Below are positions 52,029-64,000 of a stretch of 64,000 bases of DNA, piece by piece. The notes beneath the pieces were generated by a model. The model searched no databases. It saw only the letters and a program-made list of their open reading frames with translations, and was not told the DNA's origin. Each line of letters starts with the position of its first letter. Position 1 is the stretch's first letter. Origin of the DNA: Camelus ferus (Eukaryota); NCBI RefSeq assembly GCF_009834535.1, contig NC_045698.1:11038001-11102000 (forward strand), read 5' to 3'. Made by a program: the position numbers and the translations under genes.

Positions 52029-52513
52029 TGTGAACAAAAAATACTGCAAACCATATCAGTAAACAAAGAATGCTGAAACCATCAAGTCCTCAGCGGCTGC
52101 CCCACCCCCAGTGAAGACAAGCCTGCAGCCCGGCCCCTGCAGCCACTCACAATGGTGCACCCTGAGGGGACTCAGAATAAGAAAGGACAGGACACTGGCC
52201 CTAGGTAGCTAGGTGCTTGTCAAAGGAATGAATTCAATGAGCCCAAATGTTTGCTTCCTCCCATACAAAGAAAAGTGCTAATTCTTTTAACTTGAGGTGC
52301 CTGGTTTTCTTTAGTTAACAAGTAAGCTTTTAATGTTCCAACTACCTGGTCTTTGTTGTAAACCTCCTATATATCCTAGCTCCTCCCCTACCTCTTCAGA
52401 GAAGTCCCTCAGAGCGATCTGAGAGGCTGCCATGCCGGGCTGAGTCCTCAGAAATGTCCACCGAATAAAACGTAACTCTCAACTTTTAGGCTGTGCATTT
52501 ATTTCAGGCGACA
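52029..52513 (+). mobile_element. Intact ERV1-class solo LTR (possibly MER41-related, lineage-specific)
   Basis: TG...CA; perfect 4-bp TSD TTAT (52025-52028 / 52514-52517); TATATA at 52368; AATAAA at 52464. Confidence 0.88.
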
Positions 52514-53340
52514 TTATCTAAAAATTTCTTTGTCTTTTCTGACTTTTCCAAACATAATTGCCCATGGATCAAACATTTATTATTCCCAGTCTCACTCCAA
52601 CATCACTGTTAGAATAATTACAACTACTTTGGCCCAGATTGTGAAGTGTTGTCACCTAGTCTGGTCACAATGAGGAGTAGCAGGGACAGACCACTTGAAA
52701 AAACAGATGAGTCATGTTGAGAGACACAAGCTTCGGGTGAAGATTTTGTACAGTGTCCAGGTAAGGGGAGTTTGTTCTCATCTGGTAATTGGAAGTGGAC
52801 TCCTTTTACTGACCAGTAGAGTTTGAGTGAATTGAGGGATCCAGCTCATTAGACATGTTGATCTAAACTTCCCCATTCTTACTCTTTATGTCAGGTGTCA
52901 GCTTCATTGTAAAAGATTTAGGGTGTGCACATGGTCTCTTCTGCCACTGTGCCATGCTGGTAATCAGATACTAGTCCTGATCGTCAATGCCATCTTCCCT
53001 TTGTCTAAAGGATGTGAACATTCACTTTAAATCTGTCAGAGAGGCCCTCGGGCTTTCAAAGTGTGATTTAAGTTGTCAGTTTGTTGCCCTAAGCCTATCA
53101 TTTACTTCTTACAAGTCCTCCGTTGCTAACAAAAGTATCCCATCCCTCACCACAGTCTTTTTTATGACCACATTCCCCTTACCAATCAAGAACAGAAGCC
53201 ACATTGTCTCCCAATGTCTTGCTTTCCACCGATACTTCAAATATCATTAAATAAAATTTTAGTAGCTGTTACCACCCCACTTGTCCTTCATATCACCTCC
53301 AGACAAAGTCCTACCCCAAGGGACTACTTTCTATGATTGA

Positions 53341-53790
53341 GTGTCTTAACCTAGATGCTTAGAATTAGTGTAGAACCAAGCTCACCTTCCGATCCAGTGA
53401 AGCAACAATGTGGGAAGAAAGCAAAGGCAGGAAAGGAGAAAACAAATTCAAGTGTGTGCATTACCAAGCTGGCCACAGCTTCACAAGAAGACATCGCTGG
53501 TTCTGTGGATATATATACAATGTCTCAGGGAGGCAATATGGAACTCTTACCACTCAGAACATTCCACTGGAGATGGCATGGGAAGATGAACAACATATCT
53601 GCCAGTTTTTCTTCTTCTTTAATTGTTCAGAGATCTATGCAGCATTAGCATCGGCCTCTCTGTGTAGCTGCTAAAGAAACCAGAGCTTCTTTGGGTCCAG
53701 TTGGGTAGGACCTAGATGCTAGAGCTCCCGTTTCCCAGTGCTGCAGGCCCTTGCCCCTGGTAAAGACTGTTAAAATCAATGGTGTTAAGC
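53341..53790 (-). mobile_element. Degraded ERVL-type LTR (LTR41-like)
   Basis: 'ggaaaggagaaaacaaattcaagtgtgtgcattaccaagctggccacagc' resembles the antisense LTR41 family; very diverged. Confidence 0.3.
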
Positions 53791-54094
53791 CACGTGACAG
53801 CATCACGGCACAGACTTTACCATCACAGTGGAAACATGAGCCACTGCTGGCTCCACAGGGATCACGAAGCAGGGCAGGTTGGCAAAGCCCTTGGAACAGC
53901 CTTATCTGAGCAGATCTGCAGAGCTGCGTAAACTGGGTCTGACAGTTTCCATTTTGTAAATTCCAGTGCTTTTTAAATGGCTACTTGAGAGATGGGCAGT
54001 ACTCCTTTAGTTACTTCCTCCAGTGGCCTGGGGCCAACGTCCACTCAATGACTGATTCTAACTCTGGCTTCTCTGTATCTTCTGATCATTAGTC

Positions 54095-54450
54095 CTCAGA
54101 GTATCAGCAGTGAACAAAACTGAGTGCCTGGGTTCACAGAATATTCCAGTGATAGAGCCAGACAGTAAACAAATTGCGATGTATCATATAATGCCATGTT
54201 AGGAAGCAAAGAAAGGGCAGTGGATAGTAAGAGCCAGTGCTTATAAGTGGTCAGGTAAGGTCTCTGAGAAGTAACACTTGAGCAGAAGTGAGGAAAGTAA
54301 AAATTACAATTCTATCAAGAGCGTTTATTCAACACACTTTGTGGACACAAAGAATCCATCAGTCACTGGAAACCAGCTGTGAAAAGGACACTCACTGTGC
54401 TGCTTAGGGTCTAGGACATAACGGAGGAGAAACGAGAAAATAAATAGGTG
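54095..54450 (-). mobile_element. L2 3' fragments
   Basis: 'cagcagtgaacaaaac...agacagtaaacaa...ggtcaggtaaggtctctgagaagtaacacttgagcaga'. Confidence 0.55.
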
Positions 54451-55157
54451 TATCGGTTAAAAACGATTTCAAGGTTTTGCATGACAACTTCAAAAATCTG
54501 ATATATGCGATAATGCCTACCATTTTTGTGGCTGGGTTTTATAACGGCATATAAAAGACTGCATTTTCAGTAACAGTGGTGTTCATATGCCCAGGGATTG
54601 TGAACTTCTAATGGAGATGAGACAGCTTCTGACGAACAGTCACAGGGATTTCAGTTTTTCTGTGCTCTTGAACTGAACTCAGAGACTGTTACAAGAGGCT
54701 TTCTCCTCTAATTGTCTCCATAAGGAATATTTCCTTGAAAATACCGTTTAATATACTGTAGCAAAATTTCCACAACATGACCTTTCCTTATGCCGTATGA
54801 TGCCTTAAGTATTCATAGTTTTGTACCTGCGTACCTGAACTGACTGGTACCTTCCAATATAAGTAGAAACATACTTAGTGAGAAGGACAGTACATAACAA
54901 ATACGTGCTGCATGGAAAAACCAGCTGTATTTTGGTTTTTGAAATGTCTCAATTTATTTTTCAAATATTTTGGATTAGATGAAACCCAACTAAGTTTTGC
55001 CAAGAACGTTTCCCCCTTAATTTTTGAAATCATGTGCAATTTTGCAGAAATTTACTCCATATGTTTCTGTTTCATTTACACTTAAATCACCAAAATATTG
55101 CTTTGTAAGATCTATTTGATGTCCAAGAAGCCATTTGAATTAGTCCAATACAGTGTC

Positions 55158-55274
55158 TTTAAACTGAGATATAACTCTTATATCATAAAATTCACCCTTT
55201 TGAAGTGTACAATTCAATGCTTTTCAGTATCTTTTCAAAGTTGGGCAACCATTACCACTATCTAAGTTCAGAAC
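55158..55274 (-). mobile_element. L1MB-like 3' end fragment
   Basis: 'cataaaattcacccttttgaagtgtacaattcaatg...gcaaccattaccactatcta'. Confidence 0.75.
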
Positions 55275-56199
55275 CCAGTACAGGTTTAAAACACATTGTG
55301 TTAATAGGAAGCGGAATTGTACCGCTTGGAAATGCATGAATGGGCTGCATAGTGGGGTTTACCTTGAAGCGCCTGGACTTGATATGAGTTTTTGCTGTAA
55401 AAAAAGAGACTTCTTCCAGCCCTAATACCACGGTCATAAATCAGAAAAATCTGCATTTAACCAAGTGGCTGCTGGGCTCAGAGGTTATCACAAGGCTGAC
55501 TTTCTCGGTGGTGGGTCATATATCACTATGGCCCGAGTTGAAAATTTACTGCTTTACTGCTCAGACCCATTTTCTTACCATTTGTTGACCTGGAAAATCC
55601 CAGACCACTGGGTCCTGAACACACAGTTTTGGCTCCAAAGTTCTCCTGCTGTCACTTACTACCCTATCCAGCTAAGTCACTGCCAGAAAAATGAGAGACT
55701 ACGTAAGGCTGACTTTGAAGATGGAATGGTCCCCTAGTGACCTCCGTGTATTGAATTTGGAACTGTCTGCTTAAGAAGGAATGGGAATCGTGAGTCATAA
55801 AACTTAATTTGTTATCTGAGTGAGACGCTCCATATAGTATTAAGGCTGTTGCTCTATCAGGTTCTTCAAGGATAAGATAGATTCCTGTTGAATACTAATA
55901 TCCCTCTTTGTCAACTTTAGTTCTCAGTTAGTTACACTGGATTTAGAACATGGAAAAATATGTATATATATTATTAATACACAAAATAAAATGGAATAAC
56001 ATAGCACATTTAGCCATATTTCCCAGCTTTTTAAGAATTGTGACACCAAACTTTAGAAATTTGGTGTTCTAAGACTGCCATTTTTTTATTCTACTCAAAA
56101 TAAGCCATGCTAATGAAAAACAAATTTTTTTTTAGCATTATGTTATTTGCAGACATAATCAACCTGTGAGATTTTGGAGATTTTCCTTTATATTTAAGA

Positions 56200-56335
56200 T
56201 TCAGATTCCCATGTTAAAAAAATGGGAATAACAATAGGAACCACACAAAATTAGTGTAGAATAAATTAAACAATGATTTACATGTGAAAAAGTGACCAGC
56301 ACAGTGCCTGGAACAGCAAAGATAAATAATTATTG
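56200..56335 (+). mobile_element. MIR 3' half
   Basis: 'aaaatgggaataacaatag...catgtgaaaaagtgaccagcacagtgcctgg'. Confidence 0.55.
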
Positions 56336-56763
56336 AATTTGAACTGAATCTGGGCTGATGAGTTTATCTATGATCAGACAACTAGAATTTGTTTCTATGT
56401 TTGTTCTTCGAAGATATAAATGACTATTTTAGTACTCACTGTTCTATTCTGTGAATGCATTGCTTCTTTTGTAAAATAAACACAATGTCAAATAAAAAGT
56501 GGTTTGTGTGTTTTCTATTAAGTGTCTCGGAATGGAATCACCATTCATTATGATCACTGTGAACAGTGTAGTAGGAAGCTTTTCCCAATAAAGCCTAGAA
56601 TTTTTGAAAATTATTTTGAATTAATATCTCATCAGTTGTCTTCCTTTCTCATCATAAGCTGAACAACAATTCTCGAACTCTACAGATTAGGCGAGTTTTG
56701 CTAGATCCTGTTTTTTTCTTATGTCCCTAACTTGGCAGTGCTTTTTGTCCACATGACAACAAA

Positions 56764-56887
56764 ATGTCTGGATGAAAAGTAAAATATTCAATGATCTAGA
56801 TGTTTTGTCTACACAATGCTACATGTTTTGATGTTATGTAGACAAAACATCCAGATAATTGAGTTTTTTTCCTTTTCATCCAGATGT
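56764..56887. repeat. Imperfect inverted repeat (~50-bp arms, 23-nt spacer)
   Basis: Left arm tctggatgaaaag...gatgttttgtctaca is the reverse complement of right arm tgtagacaaaacatc...cttttcatccaga. Confidence 0.9.
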
Positions 56888-57401
56888 TCTGGCATTATTT
56901 ATACATAGGTCATGTCTAGTTTACTATTCACTGAAACAGGAAGAGAACACAAACATGAGAAGTGTCTTCAAATGAAGTGAAAAACATTGGGTGTTAGATC
57001 ACAGGTGAGCATTTTCCTGCACTGAAATAGTTCATTTCTTGAATACCCAGGGTATCTGCTTTGTACATCACACATATGAAACACTACCTAGAAAATGATG
57101 GCTGGATATACACAATGTCTACAATACAAATTATTTAGGATGAAGAGGGACAAAAGGAGAATGTTTGGTATGAGGAAGTGAATCCCTTGATGTAATGACT
57201 GTGGGAGATACTGATGAATACCTTCAAAAATCCCTCTGAACCATTTTCTCTCTCTTTTTGCCTTCCAATGCCAAGGCTGAAAAGCCAGACACTTGATTTC
57301 TTGGCCACTCGGTAATGGATGGATGGCCAAGTGACCTAGTTTTTGACAATGAGATCAGAAGGAGAAGTGTGCCATGGGATTTCTGAGAAATACAGGTTGC
57401 T

Positions 57402-57596
57402 CTCTCTCTCTGTGTTTTTTTTTTGTTTGTTTTTTTGTTTTTTGTTTTTTTTTTTGGTTGTTTCTCTCCGTACTATATGGTTTGGTTTTTTTTAAATTAA
57501 AGTATAGTCAGTTACAATGTGTCAACTTCTGGTATATAGCACAATGTCCCAGTGTCCCAGTCATGCATATACATACATACATTCATTTTCATATTC
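57402..57596 (-). mobile_element. Short camelid L1 3'-end insertion with composite tail
   Basis: L1 end 57486-57596; perfect TSD tacaggttgct at 57391-57401 and 57597-57607. Confidence 0.88.
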
Positions 57597-57844
57597 TACA
57601 GGTTGCTTCTTGATTAAAAGAACTCCCTAAAAAGGAGAGTTGAATTGGCTTTGTTCTTATTTTTTTCTTTGTCAAGCATGGATATGATATTGGAGCTACA
57701 GCAGCCATTTTACAACTATAAGATAGCAAGTGTGAGGATGGAAAACCAGCAAATTGTGGAATGCCATGGATATAAAAAAGAATGGATCTCTGTCACCATT
57801 GCTGAGTTGCTGCTCTATCCTTAGGTGTCCCACCTCCAAACTTT

Positions 57845-58673
57845 TTGTTTTTTAATTTTTTAATTGAGTTATAGTCATTTTACAATGTTGTGTCAAATTC
57901 CAGTGTAGAGCACAATTTTTCAGTTATACATGAACATACATATATTCATTGTCAAATTTTTTTTTGCCGTGAGCTACCACAAGATCTTGTATATAGTTCC
58001 CTATGCTATACAGTATAATCTTGTTTATCTATTCTGCATAAGCCTGTCAGTATCTACAAATTTTGAACTCCTAGTCTACCTCTTCCCACCCCTCTTCCCC
58101 CTGGCAACCACAAGTTTCTATTCTATGTCTATGAGTCTGTTTCTATTTTGTATTTATGTTCTTTTTTTTTTTTTTTTTTTTAGCTTCCACATATGAGTGA
58201 TCTCATATGGTATTTTTCTTTCTTTTTCTGGCTTACTTCACTTAGAATGATGTTCTCCAGGGACATCCATGTTGCTGCAAATGGTGTTATGTTGTCATTT
58301 TTATGGCCGAATAGTATTCCATTGTATAAAAATACCACTTCTTCTTTATCCAGTCATCTGCTGATGGACATTTAGGCTGTTTCCATGTCTAGGCTATTGT
58401 AAATAGTACTGCTATGATGACTGTGGTACAGATGTCATTTTGAAGTAGGGTTCCTTCTGGATATATGCCCAGGAGTGGGATTCCTGGGTCATATGGTAAG
58501 TCTATTCCTAGTCTTTTGAGGAATCTCCATACTGTTTTCCACAGTGGCTGCACCAAACTGCATTCCCACTAGCAGTGTAGGAGGGTTCCCTTTTCTCCAC
58601 AGCCTCTCCAGCTTTTGTCATTTGTGGACTTCTGAATGATGGCCATTCTGACTGGTGTGAGGTGATACCTCAT
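57845..58673 (-). mobile_element. Young camelid-type L1, 5'-truncated (~830 bp)
   Basis: Close reverse complement of the 3' part of 6539-7670; TSD caaacttt at 57837-57844 and 58674-58681. Confidence 0.95.
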
Positions 58674-59254
58674 CAAACTTTCTATTAGGTAAAGAATAAA
58701 TATCCTTATGCTGTTAACTACTGTTATTCATGTATTCTGTTACTTGTATCTGAAAACCTTCCTAACTGGTAAAATAATGCAGATATGATGTCCCTTTGAC
58801 ACATAAGGAAACTGTAGCAGAGGCTGTTGAACTGAATTGTCTAATGTCACAACTGCAAAATTAGTGTGAAAACAAACTGAAGACCAAGTCCCCTGGCTTA
58901 AATTACTCTATGCGCTTGCCACCAGAACACTCTGGGTTTCTGAAGGCACTGAATATTGGCCAGCCAAATGTCCAGGGCTTAACTTAGAGAAAGTGAGATA
59001 AAATGTCACCAACTAATAAAGGTAACACTGAAAAATTGTTCAAAGATACTCAGATCAGCATAATGGATTCCTCTCGTTTGCCACACACATGGCATATCAG
59101 AGCAAATTTTGAGATTTTAAAGGCTGTAGCAATTAAGAATCAGAATTCAATATTCTGACACTCTGTTCCAACACAATAATCTCTGGGACCCTCGAGGATT
59201 TAGCACTTGATGAGTTTTTATATCAGTGTGTCATGTTGAATGGGAGAAAAGAAA

Positions 59255-59486
59255 TATGGGTTTTGAGAATCAGACTTGTAACTAACTCCCATCTCTGTAC
59301 TTGCCAGAAATGCATGCAGTCTCAGGACGGGTACTTACTTGCTGGGTTTCCTCGTCTGTAATATTGTGCTAATCTGATGCACCACTTTGGTTCCTGTGAG
59401 GATTCAGTGAGATGATACCTACTCAGCACCTAGCTCAGTGCACGGCAAATAATTGCAATTTAATAAGTAGTAGCTATTATTATTAT
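59255..59486 (+). mobile_element. MIR SINE
   Basis: 'gtttcctcgtctgtaa...tgtgaggattcagtgagatgata...agcacctagc...tagctattattatt'. Confidence 0.7.
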
Positions 59487-60689
59487 CAACAAATTAGGAA
59501 AATAACAGATCCAGACAATATAAATGCCCTGAGCAAGGTCACTGTCCTCTGCTCAAGGGGCCTTTTGAAGTATGGTCCTGATGACAGTAGATATGAGGTC
59601 CCAAAAGCAGAGCCGGGCAAAGATGTAACGGTGATGCCCCAAGATGTACTAGCCGTGGCACTTCCATCACGTAAAACGCTCAGGTTAACATTGGGAATCA
59701 TCTGACTACCTGGTCCTCTTATTATAGGAAAGATCTAAGTAAGACATCAGACTACCTGAAAGATAAGTTTTGATTTTATAGATGTAATCAACACAGTGAA
59801 TAACTTAGTTCCATTCTACATTTAATGAGCCTCTTGTCGATGCACCTTGGTGGTTTATATCCTGAAAAAGGAAATTAAAGTAATAACAGTGAGCCAAATG
59901 CCATGATTGGTCACACATACACACACCGACTTCTAAATTCAAATGCGCTCTTATTACAGTAAATTTAGCTTACTGTGTGTTTTCACTAAATAACAATTAC
60001 CTGGGAAGTTCTTACTGTCCTGAATTCTCAAATGCAAAATAAAACCATGGGCTCTTGGCTGAAAGGGGGAACCTGCCGTTTGATTTGATTCCCAACACTG
60101 GGAGTGCAGCTGGAGTGAGAGGACCCTAAGCCCAGCTCCGTTATTTTTGCATCGTATAATGTTTTCTGTAAACCTGGCAGGGCCCACAAAGGCAAGACAG
60201 TTGGTTTTTAAGAACTGGCCTTGATTTTCTGCTTTGGACAGAGAATACCAGGAATCCATTCCTAATGAAAAGCAAACAGAGAATCATTACTTTCCCCCAT
60301 ACATTCTTTACATAGTTATACTTGAACGTATTCTGCGGAGACAGTTCTTTCTGCATGTTGTACATTCAGAGGCTGTGCACAGGAAAGCTTCATCTGGAGG
60401 GCTGGGGCTAGAATAACTAACTGGAAGTTAACCCTTGTGTCCTCGTGAAACCCTTGACCCTGTACCTCCTCTGCCTTCTCGGAAGCATCCTGTCTACACA
60501 CATCTTCAGTCAAGGACCAATCAAGTCAACTTTGATGGCTTCCTGGGAGATGGAGAGTCACACGGCTCCTGAGACAGTCAGCCTGGACCTAGTATGTTAC
60601 TAAATAACACTCCATTGATCTTCACTTTATTCTTAGTGATACAGAGTTGATCTCCTCAATGGCTAAGCAACTCATGATTCCCAAGGTAG

Positions 60690-60895
60690 GCTTGCTGTCA
60701 TGGAAGAAGTCCCTGAGTCAGTGTCAAAGCCTTAGGTCTTACTAGTTACACAACTATTTTTCCAGCTAACTGACCTCTAGAAGTTGTAGTTTCCTCATCT
60801 CCAAAAGGACAATAATGGCTGCCCAGCATGGAACAAAGTTGTGATGAGAGATACAGTGTGAAAACACCCAGAACAAGGTCAAAATATGAATATGA
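60690..60895 (+). mobile_element. MIR fragment
   Basis: 'agtttcctcatctccaaaaggacaataat...gttgtgatgag'. Confidence 0.5.
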
Positions 60896-60989
60896 ATTGG
60901 AGGGATTACCTTGTAGAACTCAAAGACATCCTAAAAGCAGTTCTAAAACAAGATTAATCTTCAGATATTTATGTGAAATTTTATTCTCT

Positions 60990-61085
60990 TTAATTAAACT
61001 TTTTATTTTGAGGTGCTTGTGGATTCAGAGAGTTGTTAGAAATCATACAGCAGAAACCCTGCAAATCCATTACCCAGTGTCTCCC
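60990..61085 (-). mobile_element. L1MC-like 3' end fragment
   Basis: 'aactttttattttgagg...gttgttagaaatcatacag...ttacccagtgtctccc'. Confidence 0.55.
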
Positions 61086-61215
61086 TGTCTCAGTCAGCCC
61101 AGGCTGCCATAACAAAATATAGTGAACTGGGTGATTTAAGCAACCGAAATGTGCTCTCTCATTGTCTGGAGGCTAGAAGTCCAAACATAAGGTGCCAGTA
61201 TGGTTAGTTTCCGGT
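61086..61215 (-). mobile_element. MaLR LTR fragment
   Basis: 'tgtctcagtcagcccaggctgccataacaaaata...ctggaggctagaagtccaa'. Confidence 0.75.
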
Positions 61216-61522
61216 TGATATTTCTTTTCTTTTAGCCCTTGAAAAATACTGTGGCTCATCCTTCTGGCCTCTGTGATACCTAGTCAGAGAAATCCATTGT
61301 CATTTGACTTTTTTTTACTGTATAGAAAAGGTGTCATTCCCTGATTCACAAAGATATAGTGCAGAAATTTGACTATAACATTTCTTGGTGTGGATTTCTT
61401 TGAGTTTATCCTGTTTGGGTTTCACTCAGTTTCTTGAATCTGTATTTTCTGTCTCCTGCTAAATTTGTAAAGTTTTCTGCCATCATTCTTTTTTTCAGTA
61501 CTTTTTCAGCCTTCTTTCCTGC

Positions 61523-61582
61523 CTATCTCTATCTATTAAATATCTATCTATCCATCTATCTACCTATCTACCTACCTACCTA
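61523..61582. repeat. (TCTA)/(CCTA)n microsatellite at the MLT2 edge
   Basis: Directly visible. Confidence 0.85.
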
Positions 61583-61584
61583 GA

Positions 61585-61915
61585 CATTTAAAGGAATTGA
61601 CACATATATTTGTGGAGGTTTGGCAAGTCCAGAATTTGCAGGGTAGGCTGGTAGGCTGGAAACCCAGGGACTCAAGTCCAAAGCTGTTTGCTGGCAGAAT
61701 TCCCTCTTTATCTGGGGAGGTAGTTCTTTTTCTATTAAGTCTTTCAAATGATTGCCTACAGCCCTCACATTATGGGGAGTAATTTGCTTCATTCAGCGTC
61801 TCCTGATTGAAATGTTAATCTTATCTAAAAAAATACCTTCACAAAAATACCTAAAATAATGTTTGACAAACTCTCTGGATACGGCGGCTTAGGCAAGTTG
61901 CCACATAAAATTAAT
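61585..61915 (-). mobile_element. ERVL LTR (MLT2-like)
   Basis: 'ttaaaggaattgacac...ggcaagtcc...aggctggaaacccaggga...aaatgttaatcttatctaaaaaaataccttcaca...caagttgccacataaaattaa'. Confidence 0.85.
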
Positions 61916-64000
61916 TGTTGGAGTCCCACAGGTCTCTGAGGCCCTGTTCGTTTTCTTTCCTCAGTGTATTTTATCCTTGCTGATGTTCAGACTGAGGGAT
62001 TCCTCTTGTCCAACCATCCCTTTACTCCTTTTTTTTTCTCTGTTCCCTCATTCTGCTCTTGATTCTGTCCTCTGGGTTTTTAATTTCAGTTATTGTATTT
62101 TCATTTCTAAAATTTCCATTCGGTTTTTCTTTAAATTTTCCATTTCTTTGTGGAGACTTTCTATTTCTCTGCCGAGGAGCTGTATCTTTTATTTGTTTTA
62201 AGTGTGTTCAGAGTTGCTCAGTGATGGATTTGTAGGATGGCTGCTTTAAATCTTTGACAGAAAATCCCAATATTTCTGTCACCTCAGTGTTGGCATCTAC
62301 TGATTGTCTTCTTTATTCAGCTTGATATCTTCCTGATTCTTGGAATGATGAGTGATTTTCTACTGAAATCTGGACATCTAGGGTATTATGTTATGAAACT
62401 CTGAATTATTTAAAACGCTGGTTTTAGCTGCTTTCTCTGGCACCTCTGTGGCAGGGGAAATAAGGGGGAGAAGGCCTCATTACTTCCAGGTGGGAATAGA
62501 CATCCAGGTTCCCTCCTTAGCCTCTTCTGATACTGAGAGGAGGGCAACCTTGTTAGTGCTGGGCAGTTGTGAGAATTTCCACTCCCAACTAAGTATCTCA
62601 GCCTGGCTGGAGGGATGGGAATGCCCATTGCTGTCCCACTTGGCCTCTAATGATACCAAGGGGCAAAGGGTGGTCTGTTACTGCTGAGCAGGGGTGAAAG
62701 TTTTGACTCTCCATTCTGTCTCCTCTGACATCATTCCAGCTGGGTGATGGAAGGCCCCTTGTTACTGCAGGTTTTGATAAAATTCAGTCTACTTCTTAGC
62801 CTTCTCTGAAATTACCCCTGGGGCATCCCATTAAGGCCTGGCGAGGATGGAAATCTAGGCTCTCCACTCACCTCTTGCTGCTGAGAGATGCCCCGCTACT
62901 TCCTACTGGCCAGGCAAAGTGGGATTGAGGGGAGCGCTTTTTGTTGGGATCCTTTGGTGCTTCTAGGTTTCTGACTTCTTTACTTCCAAGTGGGATATAC
63001 AAGGCAAGAATAAACCCAGAGAATTCACCTCTGTGTTGGTCCTCGGATCCTGAGATCCTACCCTGACCCCTATCTTCTCTTTATCTTTCAAATTATTCTT
63101 ATGTTTGTTTTATAGCTTATGTTTGGTTGAACTTAGCAGAAGAAATAGGGGAAAGTATACTTACTCCATATTCCTGGAAGCAGAAACTATAAAAAATCAC
63201 TTTTAATGAGGAAAGGTAAGAGGGTAAATGATATCAAATAATAATTTAATATTGTAACTACAAAGGGATGATGGCTTGCCACTAAGCTAGAAATCATAAA
63301 AGCAGGTCTTAACCAAGCTTGCTCAATAGAATTATATTTTTACTTTGGGATTCCACTGAATTCCCATCTCAAGTTTTCTCACAAATATTTTAAGTGTTTT
63401 ATAGTAGTTGTATCTTTAGTTTATGATGATATTTGAATTTATTCCTTCTAAATTGTGGTACAGGATATGAGAAATATTTAGAACTGTATTTCTTATCACC
63501 AGTTCATACTTTCTCTGGAGGAAAGTGAGCTATTTGCCTTCCCTCCACATTCCTGGCCAGTTCCCAACTTTATCACCCATTTTCATAAGCAGAAGAATTT
63601 AGGGTCACCTTGATTATACATTTTCAATGAAGTCATAGTCTATACTAAGACCCTTTCTTCTACCTTTTAAAATGTTAGTGAAACTTTACATTTTTTGTCA
63701 AAACCTAAAGTAAAAAAAAAAAAGCTTTCATTTCCAAATCCTGAAATCCTGGAATAATTTTATTAGTGAAAAACATTATAAATTACATAGAAAAGTTCAA
63801 GGTCTGAATTTTCTTATTCATAAATTAAAGATACTAAAATTAATTAATTATAAGGTCCCTTCCAATGGTAATCATTCTACAACTGTGGTTGACACAGCAC
63901 ATTAGCGGCTAAAATGGAATTAGAGCTCTCATATCCTGACTTTACGTATCTGATCATGCTATGTCCAGCTGCTTCTCCCAGGAGGCTTATGAGAAAGTTG

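Larger units (their letters stand above)
57200..58772 (+). mobile_element. Old MaLR LTR (MLT1J-like) split by two camelid L1 insertions
   Basis: Pieces 57200-57401, 57597-57844 and 58674-58772 join through the TSDs: 'gtgacctagtttttgacaatgagat', 'ggagctacagcagccatttt', 'ttctgttacttgtatctgaaa..cctaactg'. Confidence 0.75.
61220..63186 (-). mobile_element. Old L1M 5' region (ORF1/5'UTR), interrupted by an MLT2 LTR and (TCTA)n
   Basis: 'ttggtgtggatttctttgagtttatcctgtttggg..tcactcagtttcttgaatctgta', 'ttcagttattgtattttcatttctaaaatttccatt'; ends 'tactccatattcctggaagcagaa'. Confidence 0.75.

Noticed and set aside
59412..59705. 97-aa ORF with plausible composition
   Set aside because: Begins inside a MIR; no homology or splice signals recognised.
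1..64000. Inferring a host-gene strand from repeat orientation
   Set aside because: L1s are mostly minus (suggesting a plus-strand gene) but LTRs are mostly plus (suggesting minus); contradictory, and no coding exon was recognised.
1..64000. CRISPR arrays, operons or prokaryotic defence systems
   Set aside because: The sequence is mammalian; no regularly spaced repeat-spacer array or gene-dense region.

Overview
Mammalian, mostly non-coding DNA, very likely camelid (alpaca/llama/camel). The evidence is a vic-1-type tRNA-derived SINE and camelid-type L1 3' ends, with no Alu, Bov-tA, CHR or PRE SINEs seen. I found no intact protein-coding gene; the ORF track is essentially chance ORFs plus L1 ORF2 fragments. 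The window is a mosaic of old repeats (MIR, L2, L1M, MaLR/ERVL/ERV1 LTRs, hAT-Charlie elements), younger lineage-specific L1s and microsatellites. Two fossils invisible in the ORF track stand out. (1) At ~14.5-17.1 kb, a decayed Ty3/Gypsy-type gag of the PNMA/ZCCHC12 kind, with N-terminal, capsid and CCHC-knuckle motifs in order, preceded by a probable Gypsy LTR. (2) At ~27.7-29.6 kb, a 5'-truncated processed MARK2 retrocopy carrying both alternative micro-exons, lacking most of the KA1 domain and keeping the long 3'UTR. Also present: a twin-primed inverted L1, a possible short L1 3' transduction, an ancient palindrome at 56.8 kb and a few candidate regulatory or exon-like segments. All family names come from recognition against remembered consensus or protein sequences, not from database searches. 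I see no evidence for a new functional system; the gag fossil is the best lead.
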